From positions 13,451,038 to 13,515,037 of the forward strand of contig NC_068983.1 of assembly GCF_001194135.2 (NCBI RefSeq): 64,000 nt of DNA, in the 5' to 3' direction. A program made the translations under genes and the position numbers. The notes beneath the pieces are model-generated. The model was given only the letters and a program-made list of their open reading frames with translations. It made no database searches and was not told where the DNA came from. This stretch comes from Octopus bimaculoides (taxonomy: Eukaryota). Below are positions 10,930 through 23,613 of the stretch, piece by piece (within the stretch, counting starts at the first letter, position 1; every line of letters starts with the position of its first letter).

Positions 10930-11305
10930 GTGCGTATGCGTAGTAAGAAGTTTGCCTCCCAACCACACGATTCTAGATTCAGTCTAACTGCGTGGCACCT
11001 TGGATAGGAGTCTTCTACTACAGCTTCGGGTTGACCAGAGCCTTGTGAGTGGATTTGGTAGACGGAAATTGAAAGAAGTCCGTCGTATGTGTGTATGTGT
11101 ATGTGTTTGCTCTCCACCACCGCTTGATAACCGGTGTTGGTTATGTTTATGTCCCCGTAATTTAGTGAGCCGACGACAGAAATCAAGAGAATAAGTTCCA
11201 AGCTTAAGTAAGTGCTGGTGTTGATTCATTCGACTAAACTTTTTCGGGGCGGTGCCCCAGCATGGCCGCTGTCTAATGACTAAAGCAAAGATAAAAGAAA
11301 TATGA
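10930..11305 (+). mobile_element. SINE family 2 (tRNA head + CORE-like domain)
   Basis: CTGCGTGGCACCTTGG.. CORE-like segment, GCCTTGTGAGTGGATTTGGTAGACGGAAA block, internal microsatellite. Confidence 0.85.
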
Positions 11306-11326
11306 ACTATTTAATAGAAAAATAGG

Positions 11327-11680
11327 CGCATGAGTGGCTCTGTGGTAAGTAGCTTGCTTACCAAACACATGGTTCCAGGTTCAGTCCCACTGCGTGGCAC
11401 CTTAGGCGAGTGTCTCCTACTATGGCCTTGGTCCGACCAAAGCCTTGTTACTGGATTTGGTAGGCGGAAACTGAAAGATGCCCGTCGTATATATGTATGT
11501 ATATATATATATATATATGTATGTTTGTGCGTCTGTGTTTGTCCCTCCAACGTCGCTTGACAACCGATGCTGGTGTGTTTAGGTCCCCGTAACTTAGTGG
11601 TTCGGCAAAAGAGACCGATAGAATAAGTACTAGGCTTACAAAGAATAAGTCTTGGGGTCGATTTGATTCGACTAAAGGCA
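11327..11680 (+). mobile_element. SINE family 2, 3'-truncated
   Basis: GAGTGGCTCTGTGGTAAGTAGCTTGCTTACC head. Ends at GACTAAAGGC against an antisense family 3 head. Confidence 0.9.
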
Positions 11681-11768
11681 CACTCACAACGCCCGGTCTA
11701 GGAATCGAAACCGCGATCCTATGACCACGTGTCCGCTGCCCTAACCACTGGGCCATTGCGCCTCCACT
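11681..11768 (-). mobile_element. SINE family 3 head fragment
   Basis: Reverse complement of GTGGAGGCGCAATGGCCCAGTGGTTAGGGCAGCGG... Confidence 0.85.
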
Positions 11769-12030
11769 GTGGCTGATAGACGAAAAGAAAGATAAAAGTA
11801 GATACAAATGTTTGAATTAAAAGCGAATGTTCCCAACTTGAAACCGTTACGTGTCGCGTGAAAATGGATCATCATCAAATATACATGTAAATATAAAAAC
11901 TACCTACAGAGAGAGAGAGACTTCCAGGGAACCGACGACCTAGGATGCAAGACAAGGCTGAGTGATTAGTGGGCATGGGTTCACTAGAGCGTGAGGAACG
12001 ATGTTCCTAAATATAAGACATTGAATAATT

Positions 12031-12390
12031 TTACATTAAGAAGTGGAATCTCGTAGTACCAGCAGACAAAATGGAAAAGGCGTTGACCCGGAAGATGGTG
12101 AAGGAGATGTGTTGGAACAATCACTCTGACTCGTGGGGCTCGCACTTTCGGACAGCCATCTCCTCTACGATAGCAATGAGCAGGGATATGGTCCGTGGAA
12201 CGAGAATGCCGGAAGTCTCCGCTATTATAGGCTCTGAGAGCCTGTCAGAGAGCGACCGATGCTATGACAGTTTGCTTTTAAGAGCCTGACGACCAGTGGA
12301 GTCTGGGCTGGGAGCTGAACACAAGTTGCCACTGGAGATGATGTCACAGCATGTGGTATCCCAGACACGCTAGCCACTGTCACAAAACAG
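12031..12390 (-). mobile_element. CRE-like (restriction-like endonuclease) non-LTR remnant, C-terminus
   Basis: One minus frame reads VWDTTCCD...SKLS*HRSLSDRLSEPIIAETSGIL...SE*LFQHISFTIFRVNAFSILSA. This matches the WDxTCxD / ETxG / LFQRISxAxxRGNA pattern of CRE-clade RLE. Homologous to 33420-33800. Confidence 0.7.
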
Positions 12391-12856
12391 GAAAACACAG
12401 TATATGGAAAATATCAGTTTATCGAAGTTTGTCACCTAGCCACAGAACACATGTGAGACCCTTACACATAGAGATACTTCATTTTCCTTAAATGTGGGTT
12501 CCTTCATTTGACTGTGCCTGGATGCGTGAGAGAAAGATACAAAGAGAGACACATAGACACAAGGAAAACGTCAATGCGCATATGTATGTATATATACGTA
12601 TGTATATATGTATTAGTTTGTGCTAAAGCGTACACGCATGTATACTCGTGCACGCGTGTGTATGGTGGAGGGGGAAGGGTTTATGTGTGTTCTTTGAGTC
12701 ACGGTTACCATGACAGTCATGCTTGTTTTTATCCATCCTTCGTAGAATTCAGGGTGACATATTTAACATTGGTTGACCTTTGTATAGTCTTCGATTTTCT
12801 CTCCTTCCCTTTACCACTACCATTATTATATTAAGATTATTATCATCATCATTATG

Positions 12857-12891
<35 letters not shown>

Positions 12892-14594
12892 CATCGACAT
12901 CATCGTTATGTTTACCCTCTCTTTCATTTCCTCTTATCAGCTTCCTCCCACTTCATATATATCCTCCTTCTCCTCCTTCTATCGCCTCTCCTAAGCTAAG
13001 CTAACTTAAGCGATAATAGATGATGGTAGTTTGGCACCGTTCAGACGATCATAGAAGTTATTAATCTTAATTATAAGCTGTATCATAAACAGTATATCGA
13101 GGTGAAGCAACAACAGGAGGGTGAGGGACGTTTGTGTGTCTACATGTGTATAAATACATAATACATGAATATGTCTATGCATGTAGGTGTGTATATATAT
13201 ATATATNNNNNNNNNNNNNNNNNNNNNNNNNNNNNNNNNNNNNNNNNNNNNNNNNNNNNNNNNNNNNNNNNNNNNNNNNNNNNNNNNNNNNNNNNNNNNN
13301 NNNNNNNNNNNNNNNNNNNNNNNNNNNNNNNNNNNNNNNNNNNNNNNNNNNNNNNNNNNNNNNNNNNNNNNNNNNNNNNNNNNNNNNNNNNNNNNNNNNN
13401 NNNNNNNNNNNNNNNNNNNNNNNNNNNNNNNNNNNNNNNNNNNNNNNNNNNNNNNNNGTGTGTGTATATATATATATATATATATATGTCTATATACGTA
13501 AGTATATATATATATATGTACATATATATTTGCGCGTGTGTATGTTTGTATATATATACTTATTGACATATATATACATGCATGTATATAATTATCTTCA
13601 ACCAAAACCGAAGGCTTGTTTCTCTTTCCGAACAGTAGTAGTAGTAGTAGTAGTAATAATAATAGCAATAATAATAATTTATTACTGTTGTTGTTATTAA
13701 TATTAGTGCAGTTACGTTGATAAGAATAAATGGCTTTCATTAGTGTCAATAACACTATCCAATGAAGTGATTTAGTAGTATTCTTATGTATTATTACCAG
13801 TATCGTTATAATTATCGTCGTCAACGATATAATCAACATTGTAGTCGTCATCATCATTACATACAATTTGCGGGTAACAACAAATAATCGTTATTTGTAA
13901 ATAGAATTAAATGCAGCAGCCTGCTGCTGCTTCTATTACTAATACTACTAGTACGATTACTACTACTAGCACCACTTCTAATAAGTTTTGCTTCTAATGT
14001 AGGTAAAAGGCCAAGACCAGAAATTTAGCGGCAAGTGCCGATGGTCGAATATATCGCCCTACTGTTTGACTGATAAAGTTGATTTCTGTGTTATTTGAAA
14101 CCAGGACGTAATGAAGTGGAACAACTGCCGTCAAGCAAGCATTTTGATTGGCACTAACGGTTCGACCAATCTGTCATCTTAAGGCACAAAAATCAGTAAA
14201 TCAATCTGGCGGAATGGTAATATACCGTATCATCCACCTAGTACTTGAGTTGGACTTTATTTTATTGCCCCCCGACGGAATGAAAGCTAAAGCTGACCTC
14301 GATGGCATATGAAATCAGAATATAAAGAGCCAAACGAAGTACCGGTTCGCATTCTTTTTCCCACGTTCTAGCGATTCTGTTGTCCTACCGTCTTTAACAG
14401 ATTCCGAGATAACAACAATATTAATTACTTCTAATATAGAGAGGCACAAGTCAGGAAATTTGAGGGCAGAGGGCGCTAGTCGATATCATCGACCCCTGTA
14501 TCCAAGTACTTTATTTTATCGATTTCGAAAGTAAGAATGCCAAAGTTGACCTCGGTTGCAATTGAACTTGAATGTAAAGACTCGGAAGAAATAC

Positions 14595-14828
14595 TTATTT
14601 CTTTACTGCCCACAAGGGGCTACACAAAGAGGGGACAAACAAGGACAGACAAAGGGATTAAGTCGATTATATCGACTCCATGCGTAACTGGTACTTATTT
14701 AATCGACCCAGAAAGGATGAAAGGCAAAGTCGACCTCGGCAGAATTTGAACTCAGAACATAAAGACGGACGAAATACCGCTAAGCATATCGCCCTGCGTG
14801 TTAACGTTTCTACCAGCTCACCGCCTTA
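14595..14828 (-). mobile_element. SINE family 1 long-tail form, nested in an older family 1 copy
   Basis: Full head-to-tail copy. Candidate TSD CTCGGAAGAAATAC (14581-14594) vs CTTGGAAGAAATAC (14833-14846). Confidence 0.85.
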
Positions 14829-15199
14829 GAAACTTGGAAGAAATACTGCTAACCTTTCTTTTGACAATTTAACTGTTCTGCCAGATCATTGCGTTTACCA
14901 CTCTAAATAATAGTTTCGAAGTTATACGCATGACTCAGGCATGTTTTTGCCCACTGACAACACAACGCTCTATTTACAGTTTAATCTCGACAAAGATTTT
15001 TTTATAGGTGTTTAAAAAGTGTGCCTAGGTAGATATTTTAGCTTATCAAGGATCCTTATCCCTCTAAAAACCAATCCCGTCACATGGGATTTCTTAACAT
15101 TATATTTACTCTTACGACCTCACAATGCCCTCAAGGGACCGCTGCTGGCCAGGTTAATATCTTGTACTCTGTATAGTCTCTGGTTTGGTTTTAGATTTT

Positions 15200-15400
15200 A
15201 TCAACAGCCTATCATTTTGCTTGTTCGGTGAATTCGTCACCTATGTCTCATCCTCAACCAGCACCATTCATTTTCTTTTCCAATTTAGATTACTCGGTAG
15301 ATCCATCAGCTCCTCGTTATCAATACGAACGACTGTGAAGTTGATATTCTATACGTTGAAAGGTGACAATAGATAATGGACTTGGAGCAGCACACTTGCC
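15200..15400 (-). mobile_element. Possible very degenerate gag/ORF1 remnant
   Basis: Minus frame INFTVVRIDNEELMDLPSNLNWKRK*MVLVE loosely resembles the pre-knuckle segment of such ORF1s. No intact CCHC. Confidence 0.25.
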
Positions 15401-16206
15401 ATCTTTTACTAGCATCTCTATCTCTCTGTTATTGCAAGAAAATGGCGGAGAGGAAGAGACCATCGCAACGAAGCACTTATCTTTGTCGTCATATCGCCTT
15501 CACACTTTCTTTGTTGCCCGGATCTGTCTGAAGTGAAAGAGTTCCGTATGACCTACAACGTTTGCAAGAGATTAAATACTGCTGCTGCTGCTGATGGTGG
15601 TTATGGTGCTAGTGGTAGTAGCAGCAGCGGTGGTAGTGCTGGTGGTAGTGCTGGTGGTAGTGCTGGTGGCGGCGGCGGTTGTTGTTTTATTGTTCGTAGT
15701 ATTTGTAATGCTTTTGTATTTTTTATTATTATTTTTTTTTCATTTAAATTAATGTTTTCAAGACTATTAATTTTTGTGTGTTTCTTTTTTTTTTCTCATT
15801 GTACATAATTGTTTATGCTCGAAGCCCTGTCTATTTGTTTAATTTTCAAATTATCTGTTTCTCTTTTGTCTTCTTAAGTAATTTCGTCTTTGAAAATAGT
15901 AAAGGGGGCGTGTTTGTTTACGCTGTTTAGGCTACTGTGAACTTTATTTTGTTCCGCACCAGGTTAATGGTTGTGTTGTGTGGGGTCGGGGTATGTTTCA
16001 AATATTCAGAAACCTTTTGCTGCGAATAAAAAGAAGAAAAAGAAATCATAATTGCAAGTAAATCCTTGAAGAAATCACCTTCTACGCGAAGCTCTGTAAA
16101 CTTACGTATCCACAGCAACCATCAGTGCTACCAATCATAACAATTATCATCTCCTTATTGGCCACAAGGACCTCAGAATGTTGTACATAACATGTCATAC
16201 AAAGGA

Positions 16207-16637
16207 AGGCCGTGAGCTGGCAGAAGCGTTAGCACGCCGGGCGAAATGCTTCGCTGTATTTCGTCTACCGTTACGTTCTGAGTTCAAATTCCGCCGAGGT
16301 CGACTTTGCCTTTCATCCTTTCGGGGTCGATAAATTAAGTACCAGTTACGCACTAGGGTCAATGCAATCGACTTAATCCTTTTGTCTGTCCTTGTTTGTG
16401 CCCTCTATGCTTAGCCCCTTGTGGGCAATAAAGAAATAAGAAACGTTAGCACGCTGGGCGAAATGCTTAGCGGTATTTCGTCTGTCTTTACGTTCTTAGT
16501 TCAGATTCCGCCGAGGTCGACTTTGCCTTTCATTCTTTCGGGGTCAATGAATTAAGTACCAGTTGCGTACTGGGGTCGATCTAATCGACTGGCCAGCTCC
16601 CCAAAAATTTCGGGCCTTGTGTCTAGAGTAGAAAAGA
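16207..16637 (+). mobile_element. SINE family 1 tandem dimer (long-tail copy followed by short-tail copy)
   Basis: Two bodies with GAGTTCAAATTCCGCCGAGGTCGACTTTGCCTTTCATCCTTTCGGGGTC, joined at ...GGGCAATAAAGAAATAAG|AAACGTTAGC. The central block resembles my recollection of the Deu/Nin SINE domain (unverified). Confidence 0.9.
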
Positions 16638-19080
16638 AAATGTCTTACAAAGGAGTTTGCAAACAGGTGGGGTTTGAGATATATAATAATCGGAAAGGGA
16701 AGTGGGAAAAGGCAATATAAAGAAACAGGATCGAAAAAAAAAAGATTTAGTGTACATCCAATAGATACTCAACTACAAAACAGTAAGAGCAGCCGCCTGA
16801 ATGGAATTGATGTACCTAACGAGTTTGGTTATTTTCTCATTTGATTGAAACCTGGGCCTTCTAAATATACGAAGAAGCCTTGTTGTTTGAGCCGAAACGC
16901 GATATCTTCCACATTTTCTGGTTGATAGTCCCTTAATTGTCGCTAGAATTATTGTGTGGCTATTAGCAAACACCTACATTTTAGGGAGTTATCTTCCAGA
17001 TTTTCTAGCCCGATAAAATAATCATTGCCGATAAAATAATCATTGCGTGGCTATTAGCAACCATCGTTCTTTTAGGGAGTTTCGGTACTCATCCTATAAC
17101 ATCCCTATAACAATATCGTTTTATCGTCTTTTTTTCTTCAGTTTTCCACCACTTTAAATAGCTTGTGGTTTGTAGTTCATGTAATCGTGAAATTCATGCC
17201 TTCTGGTGGAGACGAAGAGCATTTCATGGCGGATTTCAAGCTTCTTTCTTGTATGAAATCACTTGACTGATAAAGTTAATTTCTTTGGTATCTGAAATCA
17301 AGACGAAATGAAGTGGAAGCATTTCGCCCGGCGTGCTAACGTCTCAACCAACCCGCCATCTAAGGCACAAAAGCCAGTAAATCAATCTGGCGGAATGGTA
17401 ATATACCGTATCATCCACCTAATATTTGAGTTGGCCTTTATTTTATTGACCCCGACGAAATGAAAATCAAAGCTTACCTCGATGGCATTTGAAATCAGAA
17501 TATAAAGAGCCAAAGGAAGAACCGATTCGCATTCTTTTTCCAACGTTCTAGTGATCCTGCTGTCCTACCGTCTTAACATGAATTCATTGTTTCTCATACT
17601 CCTTCTTTCATTTTCTCTTTTCACCAGTGATTTCGTCTCTTTTCCCACACTTCATTATCTCTTTGCCAGCTCGGCAAGAGGATGGAGTGAAGTTGTAACT
17701 CAGTGACTTTAGTTCGCCTTTTCCAGAAGGAAGGGAATCTGTTTCTTGCTGTTTCGACCTCGTTTGCTTCTGCACCGGCTTTATTCAGATTTACAACCGG
17801 CGTGCTGCAGAAGAAAGAACAGCAACAGTACGGAAGCCATAGTTTTTCTTTCTGCCGCTTGCATCTCCGGGACCAGCTATCAATATTTCTTCAACTGCTG
17901 TTTGCTGTGATCCTCCTCCTGCCTTCGTTATTTTTAAACATTTTTTATGCCTTAGTTTCTCATAGGGGTTCGTACACCAATGTGTGACCCAGATGGCTTC
18001 AGCTTTGTACTATCAGTCTATTTAAACCCTTCTCCACAGTGACGGACAGATAGAAAAGTTTTGGTAACCATGCTTACACCAAAAACGACATGTCGTGGCA
18101 GATTACCTCCACAATAAGTAAATAACCGTAATATCGCAGCAAAATGGCAATCATCCAGCGGTCCACATCGGCGGCGATATCTCTGGCATGGCATTTTCTC
18201 ATGTTACATTAGAATATTTCTAATGTTCATGTACTGTGGCAATGAAGCTAAAATCGGGAGACTTAGGCACAAGTGCTACTTTCACTTTTGACTATTTTTT
18301 CATGAAATATCATAAACTATCCAACAATCCTTTGCTCGGTCGAGGAAGCATAGAGCTCCTTCCAGCTCATTTATGAAAGCCATGTGGGAAAAGTCTTTTT
18401 TTTTTAATTTTTGTTTTTTACTATTTTACCATTCCTTGGATAAAATATTTGAGTTACGAAGTACTTCACACGTTTACTTTTTTCTATATCCATAGTTTCC
18501 GTTGTCGTTCAATGTTAGAAAAAGATGAAGAGCCGTTTTTTCTTTGGGGCGGGGGTGTTCAAATTGTAACGGCAAATGTTATGTTCGTAAATTTGTTTCT
18601 TTGTTTAATTGTAACGTAAGTTTCATAGAGAAAAACATGGGTCTTAGTCAACATTGAATCTGTTAGCACTTCTATGACTAACACCTCTATTCGCTACCAC
18701 CAGGGTATACTTTAAAAAATACAACAAATGATGCAAACATCAATTCGTCAAATGTATTTATAGAATAATGGGTGGACTTCTAAATAAACCGAAACAGTTT
18801 AATAGTAAACTTCACAATTTATTTTTGTTTGGTATCGAGGTGAATCAAAGAATTTTTGTTTGGTACCGTGCTGAATATGTGGACAAGACGTGATGGTCAA
18901 AAGCAGATCGTCTTCGATCAGAGATCTATTCAGTTGTGGTTGGTTGGTTGGTTGGTAGAATGATTCTGAAATAGCTCAACGATTTTCGAAAGATTATATC
19001 GGGGATGGATTACTGTGACAGACAAATAAATGAACAGACAAATGGAAGTAGATAGATAGATAGATAGATAGATAGATACA

Positions 19081-19225
19081 TTTCTTTTATTAGCCACACA
19101 GGGCTTTACACAGAGGGGACAAATACAATGTAGAGCTTTTCTTTTTGGGAGGGGAAGGAGAGAAAAAAAGGGGGCGATCAAAAGGGATCGTAGGAAGGAA
19201 ACAAAGGGGAGTTCGATCAAAAGGG
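19081..19225 (-). mobile_element. Retroposon 3' end (probably LINE 3' UTR) between (GATA)n arrays
   Basis: Minus: pyrimidine-rich UTR, TATTTGTCCCCTCTGTGTAAAGCCCTGTGTGGCTAATAAAAGAAA. No SINE body upstream. Confidence 0.6.
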
Positions 19226-19614
19226 ATAGATAGATAGATAGATAGATAGATAATCTGACAGGGAGACAAACAGAGAGGGAGATTGATAGTGAAACACTAA
19301 CATACAGACCCGGAAGGGCGCTGAACGAAAAGAAGTTGTGTAGAAGAAATAGATCGTAGAAATATTTCAAACAATAATGAGAAACAAATGTCTCATACTG
19401 CCAGAACCCTGAGAAGCGTTTTATCATCCACTGAATGGTTTCGACCTGGAACCGTATGGTACGCTTATGCATTGAACTGCATGCCATAAAGAATACTGGC
19501 TCTTTCACTTACGAGCTATAATCGTGGAGAGTAGTATTACAGCTAACAAAAACATGGCGGATAAATTTGCAACCGATGGTTATTTATATTCAAGTTATTC
19601 AAGATATACATACG

Positions 19615-19649
<35 letters not shown>

Positions 19650-19706
<57 letters not shown>
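19650..19706. repeat. (GT)n microsatellite running into an N-gap, with flanking (TA)n
   Basis: Direct reading. Confidence 0.95.
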
Positions 19707-19803
19707 NNNNNNNNNNNNNNNNNNNNNNNNNNNNNNNNNNNNNNNNNNNNNNNNNNNNNNNNNNNNNNNNNNNNNNNNNNNNNNNNNNNNNNNNNNNNNN
19801 NNN

Positions 19804-19859
<56 letters not shown>

Positions 19860-20029
19860 AATATGCATGTATGTTTATATAAAATTACATATTATATGCA
19901 TATGTATAAACGTATATGTACGTTTGTGTATGCGTATATGTATATAAACATGTATGAATGTATTTGTGAAAAAGTATGTACATGAGTTTGCATATATATA
20001 TATATATGCACATATATATACATATATAC

Positions 20030-20074
<45 letters not shown>

Positions 20075-20769
20075 CACGTACATACATAGTTACGTGCATA
20101 TAGACATACGCATAAAAATATAATAAATGCATAAATGTTTTTATCAAATATTTCCAACTTCATTTCCGATGTCGCAATTATTGTTGTTATTGTAATCGTT
20201 ATTGTTGTTGTGCTAATGGTTGCGTCCCTTGATGCTGTTGTTGTTGCTGCTATCGTTGTTCTTACTGTTGTTGTTGTTGTTGAGGTTCCAGTTGTTGATG
20301 TTATGGTTGATGTCGTATGCAGAATTTAGAGAATTATAAGTTTTATAGTTTAATGATTTAATGCATTGTTGCATTTATGTTTTCATATTGCATTTTTATA
20401 TTTGTTAACACATATATGAACATATATACATGTAGATATATGTATATTTGTGCGTATGCATATATAGATATATTTGTATATATCTATATATAGATCATAT
20501 ATATATACATGTATGTAATTTGTGTATATTATTATTGCCACTATTGTGGTTATTATTATTATCGTTTTTATTTGATTAATTTTTTTCTTTTCCGTTAAGA
20601 ATTTATGTTGATTTTATGTAGAATATTTTAATGTTTAAAGCAACAACTATATTAAAGGTCTTTCTATATATCAATACATCAAAACATGCTGTGTAACAAA
20701 GTGATTGAGAAAGTTACACAAAAAAAAAATTAAATAAGATGAGAGACAGATAGAGAGCGGAAGATAAAT

Positions 20770-20858
<89 letters not shown>

Positions 20859-21132
20859 CAATGAGAGGGAGAAAGATACAGGCGATTAGTTTGCAAGATA
20901 TACAGGTAAAGGAATAAGTGATAGTGATTCAGATAATAAAAAAAAGACTACTGAAAGACAGACATGTAAACAGACTGACTGACAGAAAGTTAGCATGATA
21001 TTAAAAAGAGAAACGAAGAGAAAGGTAAGCAAAATAAAATAAGCTAACTATATTTATTAGAAGGTATAAGGGGTGGGGTGGAAGGTGGAGGATGAATTGT
21101 TATTAATATGTTTTTGCGATTGTGTGTATAAT

Positions 21133-21179
<47 letters not shown>

Positions 21180-21397
21180 GGGTTATATTCATTGCAGTAT
21201 TTTCTAGAATTTAAATATGTGCTTTTGCATAGCATACAAACACATACAAACGTGCACACATAAACTCACACACGCGTACACAAGCGCGCGCGCGCACAGA
21301 TATATATCCATGCATACAATGGGACACTGTACATATATGTGCAAAAATATGTATTTGTATATGTTTACTTATATCTGAGTATGTATATATGCGTGTG

Positions 21398-21446
<49 letters not shown>

Positions 21447-21654
21447 AGAGAGAGAGATAGATAGATAGATAGATAAATTTAGTTACACACAGATACCCAC
21501 GTGCATTTATACATATATTTTTATATTTGTATATATACACACATATATATACACACACGAACACATATACATACACGCGTAAGCATATATATACATATAT
21601 ATATATACACATACACGCACATATGTATACACACATATATATACGCACAAATGC

Positions 21655-21685
<31 letters not shown>

Positions 21686-22068
21686 ATGCATGCGTGCACT
21701 AGTGTTTGTATAACAATTTGATTAAAATGTGGTTTTGCATTTTTCAACAAAAGTCGACAAATACACACAAATGCCGAAGTATGCTGCTATATACAGCTTT
21801 TACTCAAAAATATGTATAAACATGTATACATTGTTTGATGCTACATTCTTCCATACATACTTAGAGAGGTATGCACACATATGTGTACATGTATGCACGT
21901 GTGAAACTATTATAGACGTGCGTGTACACATTTATGTGTGTGTGTGTGTGTGTGTGAGTACTGCTTTCTATTTTTGCGTGTTTGTATGCTGATGCCTGTT
22001 TATACATTGTCTCACTTTCTCTGTCTGTATGTATGTATGCTTGTATGTATGTAAATGTGTATGTATGA

Positions 22069-22111
<43 letters not shown>

Positions 22112-22749
22112 CATATATACATACATATGTGTTGAACATACGCAGTATTTTTGATTTCAAAAGTAAAAAATAGGAGAATAAAAGAAATTTAAATCACATT
22201 TGCAATATAATTTCCTACAGTATTTATGAAAAGATTTTTTTTTTCTTTTTTAATATATATTTTCAGCTATTCAACAATATATTAAATCTGCCAAAATACT
22301 ACTCATCTAAATTGGAATAACTGAAAGAAATAGAAAATTCTTAGGCACTTGTCTATTTATTAAGTTGAGGAAAATATTCTTGATTTTTGCATTTCGTCAA
22401 CAAAAATGAAGATCAGAAAACAAAATTGGTATAGGTTAACCCGTTCATGTTATGGTCATGTGAATCATGTTTTGGGACTTATTTTGTGTGTATGTATGTG
22501 TGTTTGTGTGTCGAAAACACAAGTTGCAAATAGATAAAACGGAAAATAATAATAACCTTGGAAATAATCAGCACAGAACTGTAATTATATAGATTAATTA
22601 AAGAACATAAACTAATACACATTGCTACGTAACAACACAGGAACATAATTAAAAAGATCCAATCGTAAACTAACGATGTGACATATCACATTAACTACCA
22701 GGCTTCAATCATCGTAAAATAACGCGACATGGGAATAAACCAACATAAA

Positions 22750-23150
22750 CCTATATCTATTGAATGTTACCGTTTATTATAGAAACATATCTAAGCGAAT
22801 ATTTCCACCTAAAAAATAATATATACGTGACTGAAACACCCAAATTGTGACGAAAATATTATAATGCTTGTACCACGAAAATACTATCAGAACGAACAAA
22901 TGGAATAATATATCACTTTAAAAAAGCTATCAGTCTTAAAACGCCTGCGTTATGAGTATAAAACAATGTAGACCTATAACAGTTAACATAAAGTGTAATT
23001 ATAGAACATATATTTAAATCACGATTTTCACCTCAAAAGCATGTATATAGTAAAACATTGACTAAAATAAACGGCATGAATATGACGAACATATTATTCA
23101 TATCATGAAAAGACAAGTATCCACATGCCAGAAAAAAAAAGAAACAAAAA
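22750..23150 (+). mobile_element. Possible degenerate Penelope-like RT/GIY-YIG junction
   Basis: Fragments FPP (22802-22810) and IEHIFKSRF (23001-23027) in the order expected for PLE linker and endonuclease. Many stops. Confidence 0.3.
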
Positions 23151-23343
23151 CGAAGACTGGCCTCTTCACTCTGTCACTATTCACAGCCAAAAGACTGTTT
23201 ATAATCTATAAGCAAAAGTCCAAATGATACGTACATACATACATACATACATACATACATACCACATGCATGCATGAATACATGCATACGCACATGCATA
23301 CATGCATACATATATATATAGATAGATACATACATGCATACAT

Positions 23344-23613
23344 GATGGCTGTCCACTCGTGACCGAAGAAGACCATTGCTGACCTTCAGGAACATTGTGC
23401 GCTCTAGAACTAACTTATATTTTGCATTTGCGTCTCCGTTGGTGGCTAATGAGCCCTGCTCTTGACAAGCATACACGACTGCAAACATTGCAGACCAAGC
23501 TTTCCCCATTCACTATACGAGCCGTGCGCTTTCGCGCAGCTCGCTTAAGTTCTTCATGCTGGATACGTGCTCTCTCTCGAAAAAAGTGTCGAGCCCCTCT
23601 TTAACCTGCTTCC
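23344..23613 (-). mobile_element. RTE (BovB-like) LINE 3' end inside a (CATA)n array
   Basis: Minus frame HEELKRAARKRTARIVNGESLVCNVCSRVCLSRAGLISHQRRRKCKI* (stop 23415-23417) has the RTE C-terminal C-x2-C..SRxGLxSH motif. Ends GGACAGCCATC. Confidence 0.85.

Noticed and set aside
12228-12376. Candidate host exon on the minus strand (polypyrimidine tract + AG at 12377)
   Set aside because: Another frame gives CRE-type endonuclease motifs, and a paralogous copy exists at 33.4-33.8 kb, so it is a retrotransposon relic.
16960-17085. Short tandem duplications (CCGATAAAATAATCATTG x2; GTGGCTATTAGCAA x2) as a CRISPR-like array
   Set aside because: Only two units, no regular spacers, eukaryotic context. 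Local slippage is the simpler explanation.
17600-18060. Possible decayed gag ORF1 (VTVE..LGH) on the minus strand
   Set aside because: No intact Cys residues of a knuckle. Similarity is too weak.
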